DNA of 64,000 bases from contig OZ365110.1 of the NCBI GenBank assembly GCA_977030845.1, positions 22,320,001 to 22,384,000 on the forward strand, read 5' to 3'. Positions 1-10,098 of this stretch are shown in pieces. Source of the stretch: Fimbriosthenelais zetlandica (lineage: Eukaryota). The position numbers and the translations under genes are program-made. Under the pieces are notes generated by a model, which saw only the letters and a list, made by a program, of their open reading frames with translations, was not told where the DNA came from and did not search any database. Each line of letters begins with the position of its first letter. Positions within the stretch are counted from its first letter, which is position 1.

Positions 1-250
1 TATCTAGAAGATATCAGTGATAAGGTGTTTGGGGCGGCGGACAAGGACAATCCCATACAATAAAAAGGGTGATTGATCATAAGGGAGTGGTGTAGCCACC
101 CTTTCCTGATGCTCATTCCCTCGTTGATTGCCTCTTCTGACACTCGCCTGGGAAGGTGTTATTGTGCAAGCAACATATCTGCAATATTGCTGATCGAGGC
201 AATACTGAATAGGCAATCCTTGACAATCGAATTAAGAAGTAAAAGGAGTG
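1..250 (-). pseudogene. Possible decayed DIRS/Ngaro RT fragment running off the window edge
   Basis: Minus frame IVKDCLFSI..PFYCMGLSLSAAP loosely resembles the DLKDAYF..LPFGLSSAP RT motifs; it contains a stop. Confidence 0.2.
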
Positions 251-2630
251 GTTAATATGTACATGACTAAAGGGGGAAGGGTCAGACCTTTATGTCACCA
301 AGTAATCTCGGGTCATGATGTGTATTTTATTTATAGCCGCTGAAACTGGACATGCTATAGATGAGCTTAGTTTCCCAATTGTGTGAGGTTGAACATTCCT
401 TGGGAAGGAAGCAAGAACCTTATTGTATTTGACCATAACAAATGTCTATCTGGTGGGTCCGATTTTTGTGAGAAGTTCACACATAACGTCACGTCATAGC
501 TCTCTGCATTTGTGGATTTTTCCGCCACTTCCGGTTTCCATTGCAACTTTGTGGCAGTACAGGTGCGTTTGATACCAATTATAAGATCCAGACCTACACC
601 TAGAAGTGGGCCCCCAGTGGGAAAATAATAATAAAATAATAAAGATTGTGAGAGTCTAAAGAGCCTCTTTTGTAAAAGAAAAGTACTCCGTAAACCAAGG
701 TAAAGGCTAATATCACACTATTTTGTTTGAAACAGACCCTTCATTTATATTCCAAGAACAGTATTGAGCATGTATACATGTTTATGAGCTTGTCAGATTT
801 TACTGCGCCTACTGGACTGTTAAGTAGGGAATTTATGACTTTGTTACAGTAGTTAGTTCTTGCTGGTATTTTCGCTGGTCATTAAGAGGCGGATCAAGCA
901 GGTCATGAAAAGTGGCATTGACTAACTACTAAACACTACGTAGTGATTAAAGTTGTCTGATGATGGTGTCAGGGGGCGGGGCGTCCACTCATCTACCTCC
1001 TCTACATGACATTCATTAACCCAGTAAGTACTCCACGGCCAGCACCATGGAGTATATACACACTGGGCAATGAGACCTTATCAATTTACTTGGCTTTAAA
1101 ACCTGACCAATGTTTGTGCTTCCCCTTACTACATCACAAGGACCTCTAAGCAAATCAATCATCATTAAATACTTATAAACAGCCATGTTTAAAAGGCCAT
1201 GCTACCTTCTAACCCTTGTCGGAAGTAATTGCTTTGTTCTTTGCCATGGATGTTTTTGCTCAGTCTTTGTACTGACAAAATATTCCAACTGCAATAGGTG
1301 CTCCGCTCGGCTGTTTATTCCTGTTGACACAGAGGGTTGGGTACACGAACCGAACACAAACGACTCTCGCAATTTAATTTCACAACCTTGTCAATTGAGT
1401 TATACGGGTGTTGAATGGGTCTATTTAATTACCTCATGCCTATAGACACTGAATCAGACAGGTGGAATCGTAGGAATCAATAAAAGAATTTTCACCTTAG
1501 ATAAGCGATAAATGTTTGTGTTACCCTACTTCTATCAATCAGTTTTCTTCCTGATATGACAGGAGCAACTGAATTTGCGCCATGCAGAGAGCAAAGAAAT
1601 AAGAAATGCTGGGTATAAGCTATTCAATGCGTATGCCTTGGCCTCATTACTATTTGTTTGGGAACCCTGCTTGGATGCCTTAAAATTGTGCTAATGGTTC
1701 ATATTATATGTTAAAATAATGTCATGTTTTTTTTCTGCGCTCTGTTGTAATGCACTGTCATGGGAGCCGTTAACAGTAACTACTTTTCCCTTTTAATATA
1801 ATAAGTCCTGTTTTTGAGAGACTAATTGAAAGGTTTCGCATTGCTTTGCCACTATGTACAACCAGGAATGTACATGTACATTCACATTGGCGCATATGGT
1901 CTCGGTTTTATACGCTCACTATATAAGATAAACGGCCATTTCCAAATCAATCTCTATAGCCGGATCTCATATCTATCACATAATGTATTATAATGTAAAC
2001 AATGTATTTTTAGGAAAATCCAGTGAAAGTGGAAATTTCCTGTGTTATGTATCTGTATAAGGACAGTAATATTGGTGGAATCTTATATGTGTGCATTACA
2101 GTTATTAGTCATTTATTGGCAGTTGCCAAATACCTCATGAAATTATAAATACTGTAATCAGTACACATCAAATTCTGATGCTTATTACAGAGGAATACCA
2201 ATGATTTATTGACCTTCTGCCTGTTTTTAAGGCAATTATTCCTGATTATGTTCTGCTGGATTGTATGAAATGACAGCTACACATACTGATAATGTTTCGG
2301 GATGAGTATTGAATGTACATTCATGCATAGTCATATTACTAACTGCGCATCCCGCATTTTAAGTTACTCACATATATATGTAGGTTCAATTTAAGCAGGA
2401 GAACAGATTAAAAATCTGCATCTGCATGCAACAGGCATCACATATAATGTGGTATCCACATCAGGTAGTGTGGTAAATACCCATTCTTTATAGGGTCTTG
2501 GCTAAAAATACACAAGAAACTTCTTAATACATGTATGTGGTCTGTTTTAACATGTGTAGCTTTAGCATAAGCAGGGGAATGGATGAAAATGTTCAACGCT
2601 TGGCCTATCAATTGCTATATATATATATAG

Positions 2631-2996
2631 CAGATACATGCCTCAAACTGCCGCACATACCGGAATTACTCACCAGAAAAACTGGCAGAGCTACTTTCCC
2701 CCATTGACACAATTGACATCCTCAATTGTAATGATCCAAATGTAGGATGGAACTTGCTCCATAAGGTCATACAGGACCAAATAGATAAACTCTGCCCAAC
2801 TAAAACTCACAAAATCCCTGAATCTAACCCTCCTTGGCTTACCCCTGACCTCATTGACATCCTCAGAGATAGAGATTACTTTGTCAGGAAAGCAAAGAAA
2901 ACTAATGACCCAGATCACTGGGACTTAGTTAGAGCACTAAGGGGACGGGCTAAAAAAGCAGTCACTAAAACCAGAGCTGAATTCTTTAAGTCACTT
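2631..2996 (+). mobile_element. 5' segment of a 5'-truncated non-LTR retrotransposon (CR1/L2-group LINE) ORF2, linker region upstream of RT
   Basis: Open frame from 2631: ..NCRTYRNYSPEKLAELLSPIDTIDILNCNDPNVGWNLLHKVIQDQIDKLCPTK..PWLTPDLIDILRDRDYFVRKAKKT..KTRAEFFKSL, typical of the post-endonuclease linker. It joins in frame to 14332 (VEENRDDPKKFWREIN). Confidence 0.9.
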
Positions 2997-3009
2997 CCCA
3001 GCAGGCACA

Positions 3010-3600
3010 GCACGTATAAATCACGTGGTATACACGTTGATTGGTGAAGGGAAAATCACGTTACCTTTTTGGTGGTATATGCAAATCAAATAGACGTGGA
3101 TTTTGTCACGTGGAAAATACGTGGCCAAATCATGTGAAAATCACGTTGTAAAACCACATATTATCCACGTGTTTTGGCTGGGTTCGAATGACGTGGCCAA
3201 ACCTACGTGGTGTTCATGTGGTCTTGACACATGAAAATCACGAGAAATGTTGGTGGTATATGCAAATCAAATAGACGTGAATTTTTCTACGTTGAAATCA
3301 TGTGGCCAAAATCATGTGGAATCCAAAGGTTCTTGACCACATGGAGATCACATGGTCCAATTCACGTGGATTTTCAGGATTTTGGCCACATGGAAATCAC
3401 GAGATATTTTGGTGGTCTATGTTTCATTAAATTACCATAAATCTTTCTCCATAGATATCACGTGAGCAAAATCACGTGATATCCATGTGGTCTGGCCACA
3501 TGTTATTTTGGTGGTATATATGCAAGCTAAATACACATGATTCCTCCCACGTGGAATTCACGTGGTCAAAATCACATGGATTTGATCCATATAGGCAGAC
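3010..3600. repeat. Left subterminal array of the TIR element (CACGTG/AAATCACGTGG motifs, degenerate 80-180 bp units)
   Basis: At least 8 CACGTG copies by eye. The block TGGTGGTATATGCAAATCAAATAGACGTG is repeated at 3070 and 3251. Confidence 0.85.
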
Positions 3601-6170
3601 AATAGAAAGTTGTTTTTAATGTTTATTTCTTTTAATAACATAGGAAGATATACATGAATACATTTCCATTCTGTCCACAATTTTACACTCACATGCACCT
3701 TCATTATGATACCATGCATTGTCACTTATATTCTAACGTGCTGATAGCTCCACAATATTTAGAACACAATATTTAGAACAATAAATATTTAAGAAATTGA
3801 TATCTGCTCCATTCAAACGGTAGTCTCTATCTATTCCTATGGCCCCATGTGTAGTCTTTTAAGCTCAGGCCATCAACATTGTCTTTAGGCAAGTTTTCAT
3901 CACACTCTGAAATGAATAAAATTGAATTATAGTAATATTACTGTATGAACATGTAAAATATTAAGACAGCGATGATTAGACATATTCTGGCTGAATTGAT
4001 CACAAAAGGAAGATGTACAATATCTTCTTGATATAAAAAAGTGATTGATTGATTGATTGATTAACAGTCAGCAAAATCTCATATAATTTTAAAAGTCGAT
4101 CGGTTTATATATCAGGTATTAATATATATTATGTGTTTGCTCAAGTTAACAAAGGCGCCAAAGGTGTCGCTAAAGTCAGGGGTGACAATATAGGCTGGTG
4201 TAAGCTCTAATTTTGTATCTTAGAAATATAGAGGCCTAAGGCAGATCTTCATAGGGGTTGGGGGTTGCAAAAACCTGTCCCGCCCCTGCCCTTCCTCCCC
4301 CTTCCCTATTATTTCAATAAGTTAAAATGATTAAAGTTATATATTATAGTATATTATATAGTATATATTACTGTATGAAGATGTAAAATAACAGCAATGG
4401 TTAGACATATTCTGGCTGAATTGATCACAAAAGGAATGATAATTAAAAAATATTATTCCCCCCCTTATTTGCTCATATGTTATTAGGAATGAAAATCTAA
4501 AAATCTAAAACTACAGTAATACTTTTATTATGATTGGGTCGTGGATTTGGCCTGGGTGAGGGTGGGGGATTTGGCGGCGGTCAGGGTAGGTGGGGAGGGG
4601 GATATAATTTATGTTATCTTTTCAACTATAAAACTAATAACGAAAAATATTCGGCTGAAACCAATTGTGTCTATAATCATGTCTGATTTAAACTCCCATA
4701 TTAGATATATATTACAGTCAGTATTTTAATTCAGAAGCGTTTCACACTTTTCCCTAATGACAAGCAAATCATCAGTAGCATACTAATCCACTTGTAAGTG
4801 ACCATGCCTCTACAGTACCTGTCTTCCCCACCATAGCACGAAAACTAGTTTCCATGCTTGCTCTAAATGTATGGATGCCATAATTATAAAGGATAATGAA
4901 CCATAGTGATAGACATATAATACGAAAATGAGTAGAGGTCGCACTGTCTCTCCTCCATGACTGGTCATTGAGGAAACATGAATCCCACTACATTATGAAA
5001 CCAGTCCATGAACTCGTTGCTTTCCTTTGTCGCAGTGTAGCAATCAATAATAATTTATAGACGCCTATCGTGGTATTTGTTAAGTGTGTATTTTGATCTT
5101 TACTTTTTGGGCTAACAAAATTTGAGTGAAACGAGGGAGGCAGAGATGGGGTGGAAGAGACTAGGGATGAGGGCGGGGGTGAGGGACACACCCAGGCGGG
5201 GCTTATCAGGTCAAGACGGGGTCAGCGTCCCAGCTACTCGCATCTGTTTATAGTTTACTGTGCTCTGATTGGCTGACGGGGCCAAGCCCCCTGACCCAGT
5301 GGACCAATAGGCGGGGAAGGTTAGGCGGGTGTTATAACAGGCAGTAACGGGCCTTTCATGCAAATGTGGATCAATCTTTAACTCCTATAGATACATGTCT
5401 ATTAGCGTACCCCAATGTTTTTCGTTTTCAATGAAATTAGATGATAAACCTGACATTAAATGATAAAATTGGTATGGGGGTGATCCCCGCCACAGTTCAC
5501 TCTCCCTACCCCCACCCACCTCCCCGGGGTCCTCTTTCCCCACCCGTTTATATATGTCGGCCATAATAATTCATACACACCTATGATGGGAGTAGACAGT
5601 GCCATTCAAAGACCAGTTTCACGCTGGGTTTAGCCCCTTCATATTCAGATGACCCATTACCGTAGGGCGTTGGTCTTCAACTAGTTAGAAAAGACAAATA
5701 TAATTAATTTGCTGGGTAAAAAGAAACAAATATATACGGTTTAATATCTTACAAAATTTGATTAGTATACGAGATCTGAAGGCAAGGTATGGAATATCTG
5801 ATTCATTATAAACTTGTATTGATTCTATAAATCAACATTGTGCTTTTTAGTTTCCAAAACGGTGACATAAATTGATAATTACAGTAAAATAATAATCATA
5901 CCTGTCCATGACTTTGTTGGCCGAGTGTATATGAATTCCTCATGTGCGGACTATTTAATATATATGCATCTGAAATATCAGTAAAGGTTTGCATTATAAT
6001 ACATGTAGCTTCAATGTAGGGCCCTCAAAAACGAAGTGGTATTTTAGTGAAGAGTGCAATATCAGTATGTTATAGACAAATTAAATAATGCTTGATTATT
6101 TTTTTTAATGAAAGGTTACATATGTATTCTTAACCAGATGGATCTTCCAACAAATTAAAAAGATAATAGT

Positions 6171-6338
6171 ATATAGCTACCTATATGTACTCATACACAT
6201 ATGGGGATATATCTGGGAGGGAGGGGGACAGGGGGCAGCACTGCTGTGCTGCCTTGACCACGGACTGTGACTGTGTGACTGGTCACTTCCACTCCGCCCC
6301 TCGCTGCTACCACACACACGAACGGACTTAGAGATTTT
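6171..6338 (+). repeat. Split direct repeat A1
   Basis: ATATAGCTACCTATATG..CGGACTTAGAGATTTT, repeated at a constant offset of 3658 bp (9829-9996). Confidence 0.95.
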
Positions 6339-6359
6339 CTTACGTCTTACTTTCTCAAA

Positions 6360-7517
6360 ATGGGGAAATGCGGGGCCTGCGGGTATGAGCATAGATACCC
6401 AGGAGGTAGTTCGTGTCGTTTTGCTAAAGAAGCCGTGGAAAGGTGTAAGGCGGCGGGGGCGGAGGAGTCGAAGTGGAGGGACTTCTTGGACACTAAAAAG
6501 ATCCAAGAGGTCGAGCCGGAGGGTGCCGGGGCCGGGGAGGAGGAGACCGGTTTAGATGAACTCAGGCGTTTGAATGCGGCGCAGCGGGAGCAAATGAATA
6601 ATATGCTCCGGGAAGTGACTACCCTAACCAAGGAATTCAGGGACTTTAAATTATTAGCGTTACCTGGCCTGCCCTCTCCCTTGGAGCGGACTACGACAAT
6701 ACCTGTCACGGTGACAACACCCAGTGTCACAGTGTCAACGTCTACCCTGCCTCTCTTCCACGGTGCACCGCCTGACACGGCCTCCTCTTCTCATCTGACC
6801 GGCCCTCCCCCTTCTATGGTCAGCCACACACCAGTGCTATCGGGCACATCCCCGGCGGCCTTCCTATCCGAGCCACTGACATCGGCTCTGCAGCAACTGT
6901 CATCAGCGATGGACCCCGAAATGGCCAAGAAAAACGCAGGTATGAGTTACAGGCCTCACTATCACGTCCAACATTTACAAGAAGGGCTTTCTCTCAAACT
7001 AACTAGCCATAAATCCATGACGTACAGACAGCTGGTTCACGGTATGGTCCTAGTGGCCAGGCATATTGTTTCGACGGGAGGGGATGTGGACTCTTACCTA
7101 AGTCATATGGAGTTTCTGACTCGCCACGGTAAGGGGGGCGATTATATTGACTCGGCATACGCAGAATATGATAAACAAGTGGTGGACGATTTCATTAAGA
7201 ACCCGTCAAAGGGATTCAACGTGGGGGACCAGATGGGGACATCCCTGTGCTTCCATAACGTGACGCGGGCCTCTGTCAACCAATCACAGCCCTCAACCAC
7301 CACCACGCCCACCCAGACGGGGAACCCTGGGAATCGTAAAAGGAATAATACAGGGAAAGCCAAAGTAGTTCCACCTGAGGATTACCCGGAGGGCAACTGC
7401 TATTTCTATAACTACCTAACCTGTAATAACCCCCAAAGATGTGGGGGAGCACATGTTTGTAGAATATGTGGTGAGGGCCACAGGGCGATGAACTGCCCGA
7501 ATGGGAAACAACAGTGA
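6360..7517 (+). CDS. gag: Gag-like ORF1 of the Ngaro element (385 aa)
   Basis: First ORF after A1. It has an N-terminal CxxCxxxH..C motif, a Pro/Ser/Thr-rich middle and a C-terminal CYFYNYLTCNNPQRCGGAHVCRICGEGHRAMNC zinc-finger cluster typical of Ngaro ORF1. Confidence 0.82.
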   Translation: MGKCGACGYEHRYPGGSSCRFAKEAVERCKAAGAEESKWRDFLDTKKIQEVEPEGAGAGEEETGLDELRRLNAAQREQMNNMLREVTTLTKEFRDFKLLALPGLPSPLERTTTIPVTVTTPSVTVSTSTLPLFHGAPPDTASSSHLTGPPPSMVSHTPVLSGTSPAAFLSEPLTSALQQLSSAMDPEMAKKNAGMSYRPHYHVQHLQEGLSLKLTSHKSMTYRQLVHGMVLVARHIVSTGGDVDSYLSHMEFLTRHGKGGDYIDSAYAEYDKQVVDDFIKNPSKGFNVGDQMGTSLCFHNVTRASVNQSQPSTTTTPTQTGNPGNRKRNNTGKAKVVPPEDYPEGNCYFYNYLTCNNPQRCGGAHVCRICGEGHRAMNCPNGKQQ

Positions 7518-7571
7518 CGCCATCTTGATGCTCTCGCATCCCACGAGAACTGGGGCGAGAAGAGACGAGAC

Positions 7572-8740
7572 GTGAAGTGTCATGGCGGCGAAGGGAGGAA
7601 AACAACATGTAACAGACCTAACACATTGAAGGATTTATCCAACTATGGACCATCTGAAGGTGAGAGCGCTACCTCAGTGAACTGTGTTAACATTATCTCG
7701 AATACTGTCAATCTAGAACGTACAGGGGAGTGTGTTGATGCGGTGGAGAGGCGTGTTACTGACCTAGTTGATCCAGCCACCGGCTCAGGTATGGGAAGAC
7801 ATTGTGTACAAGAAGAGACTGCAGTACTGTGTAACTATGATCGGGGGGAAAAGGATGGGTTGTGCCGTGATTTCCCGGCCGATGTCTTACTACATAGCGG
7901 TCAGTCGTGTGTCACTGTGAGAGTGGACCGCCTAAACCATGTGGGTGGGGGTGATCTTGGCTCATGTGAGCATCGTTCTTGTAGACAATCGGGTCTTTCC
8001 AACAATAATAACACAACTGACTATGACTCTGTAAGCGATCATCTGGGAAGTGAATGCTTGTATTGTACTACTCAGATTAACCAGGGAAATAGTGAGGGTT
8101 GTGTGAAGAGCAGCGATGGATGTTGTGATGAACTCTGTGATAACGGTGATTTCTGTGAATGGATTCCTCCCTCCGCCTATAGGCCTGTCACGCGGGTCTC
8201 CACTCTGCCAATGTACAGGGAGTTTTCAGTCAATACACATGTGATTGGGGGCTACAACTACGGCAAGGGCCTAACCATGTGGACCGACGCATCTGCCACA
8301 GGTTATGGAGTTTATGGAGGCTGGGACTGGCAAGCAGGACTATTCGAGTCGTGCTATGAACTGGAGGGCTTGGGGGGAGACCCCCACAATCACTGGATAA
8401 ATATCTCCAAACCCGTCGTCCTTGCGAGGGACGATAATGTGAACTTCTGGGAACTCCTTGCAGTGTGGCAAGGAGTTCTCAGGTACTCTCAGGCTTGTAA
8501 AAACTATCACCTAGTGTCTGATAATACTCAGACAGTAGCGATGATAAACAATGCATGCAGTGTGAATTTGTCATGTATGAATATCCTGAGGGAAATCTTT
8601 GGATCACAGCTGTAAATAATGTTTACTTGACTGCTAGACATATTTGTGGGGTGGAAAATATCATCGCGGACAGATTATCTCGTGCTTACCAGATGAGTTC
8701 CATCAGTGTTTTTTCTTGTCTGTGTTGCAGTGCAAGCTAA
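7572..8740 (+). pseudogene. Pol-like ORF retaining RNase H but lacking RT; 1-bp frameshift near 8600
   Basis: RNase H motifs MWTDASATGYG, FWELLAVW and VSDNTQTV are in ORF 7572-8615, and ARHICGVENIIADRLSR is in the next frame (8555-8740). No YLDD/YxDD, LPFG or AKxD RT motifs are present in this ORF. Confidence 0.85.
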
Positions 8741-9698
8741 GCTAAAAAGACTGGATGGGGAGATAGGATCAGTGATCTCCGCGGCCTGGGCGGACTCAAC
8801 CATGTCCGTTCGCAACTCTCAGTGGAAGAAATACTTGGGGTTTTGTGCTGAGCATCACTTGGGACCCCTACCAGCGGAGATCTCGACAGTGGCTCGGTTT
8901 CTGATTTTTCTGAGCCATGATGTTAAATATGTCACCGTAAATAATTATTTGTCAGCGGTAATCTCCCTTCATAGGTTATATGGATTTGACATCGATTTTC
9001 GAGCCCCTTTTCTCATCCGCATGATTATGAAGGGCTTGCAGAACACTATAGGCTCACCGTCTCTGGGCAAGTCTGTCCTCTCTGTGAGCCAGCTTGAAAG
9101 GATTTTCTTCGCCACAGTGAGGAGCCCTGTGGACGAAGCCTGCTGGCTGGCAGTCATCATCTGCTTCCGGACACTACTCCGCAAGAGTAATGTCTTACCA
9201 GCTGGTGGGGAGAATAGGCATGTGCTGTGTCGGTCTGATGCAAAATTCAATATGGATCACGTGGTTTTCACAGTGAGGTCTTCTAAGACCAGGGGGAGGG
9301 GCGATGATGCCCTTAAGATCCCAGTAAAAAAGTTATCCAATAGTGTGTTGTGTGTATTTTCAAGACTGTGGGCGCACCTGATGAAGTACCCAGGTCCCCC
9401 ATCAGGACCGCTTCTGTGGAAGCCCCTGACTCGGGGAGCGACTCCCTTAAACTACTCTGATGTGCTCAGTTTCCTAAAAAGGGGGACTGCGGCCATTGGC
9501 CTGGACCCGGCAGCGGTTGGTCTTCATTCGCTCAGGAGAAGTGGAGCGACTCACCTATACTCACTGGGTATACCGCTTAATGATATTAGACTCATTGGTG
9601 ACTGGAGGTCTATGGCGGTCCTAGCCTACCTCTCGGTCCCCTTTTCCAGGATGCTGGACGTGGAAGCACGTTCTGCGGGCTTTCTGGACAATGTGTAA
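8706..9698 (+). CDS. Tyrosine recombinase (phage-integrase family) of the Ngaro element
   Basis: Catalytic set is visible: R (FRTLLRKSN), K (RSSKT), HxxR (GLHSLRRSGAT), W (GDWRS) and Y (LAYLS). It overlaps the RNase H end as in DIRS/Ngaro elements. The true start codon is uncertain. Confidence 0.93.
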   Translation: MFFLVCVAVQAKLKRLDGEIGSVISAAWADSTMSVRNSQWKKYLGFCAEHHLGPLPAEISTVARFLIFLSHDVKYVTVNNYLSAVISLHRLYGFDIDFRAPFLIRMIMKGLQNTIGSPSLGKSVLSVSQLERIFFATVRSPVDEACWLAVIICFRTLLRKSNVLPAGGENRHVLCRSDAKFNMDHVVFTVRSSKTRGRGDDALKIPVKKLSNSVLCVFSRLWAHLMKYPGPPSGPLLWKPLTRGATPLNYSDVLSFLKRGTAAIGLDPAAVGLHSLRRSGATHLYSLGIPLNDIRLIGDWRSMAVLAYLSVPFSRMLDVEARSAGFLDNV

Positions 9699-9760
9699 AA
9701 AAAAAAAAAAAAGAAGAAGAAAGGACGGTATCAAAGGTGATTCAGTGAGATATGGGAGTT

Positions 9761-10098
9761 GGCGGCCTTTGGCAGCCGGCATCCAATGGCAGTTGGAGTT
9801 GGGGTTGACTTATTTACCGACGATCTAGATATAGCTACCTATATGTACTCATACACATATGGGGATATATCTGGGAGGGAGGGGGACAGGGGGCAGCACT
9901 GCTGTGCTGCCTTGACCACGGACTGTGACTGTGTGACTGGTCACTTCCACTCCGCCCCTCGCTGCTACCACACACACGAACGGACTTAGAGATTTTTTTT
10001 CTTTTATTCTCTTGATTCAATAAAGGGCGGCCTTTGGCAGCCGGCATCCAATGGCAGTTGGAGTTGGGGTTGACTTATTTACCGACGATCTAGATATA
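9761..10098 (+). repeat. 3' terminal B1-A2-(spacer with AATAAA)-B2 block
   Basis: B1 9761-9833, A2 9829-9996, AATAAA 10019-10024, B2 10026-10098. B1 and A2 overlap on ATATA. Confidence 0.95.

Larger units (their letters stand above)
6171..10098 (+). mobile_element. Ngaro-type tyrosine-recombinase retroelement with split direct repeats (A1-gag-RH-YR-B1-A2-B2), lacking the RT domain
   Basis: A1 6171-6338 = A2 9829-9996 (168 bp, no differences seen). B1 9761-9833 = B2 10026-10098 (73 bp). It has a gag ORF with C-terminal zinc fingers, DIRS-type RNase H motifs and an intact YR ORF. Confidence 0.93.

Noticed and set aside
1020-1067. Small nested stem-loop CCCAGT..TACTCCA..TGGAGTA..ACTGGG
   Set aside because: The stems are short (6-7 bp) and expected by chance in 64 kb.
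2600-2650. Target-site duplication for the LINE
   Set aside because: No sequence before the 5' truncation matches the DNA following the poly(A) at 16725, so the exact 5' boundary is unresolved.
6177-9250. Minus-strand ORFs overlapping gag and YR (6177-6506, 6347-6778, 7142-7363, 7276-7608, 8969-9250)
   Set aside because: These are antisense shadows of GC-rich coding DNA with no recognisable motifs.
8706-9698. YR as a phage/prophage integrase or a stand-alone Crypton
   Set aside because: It is flanked by gag, RNase H and A/B split direct repeats diagnostic of Ngaro-type retroelements.
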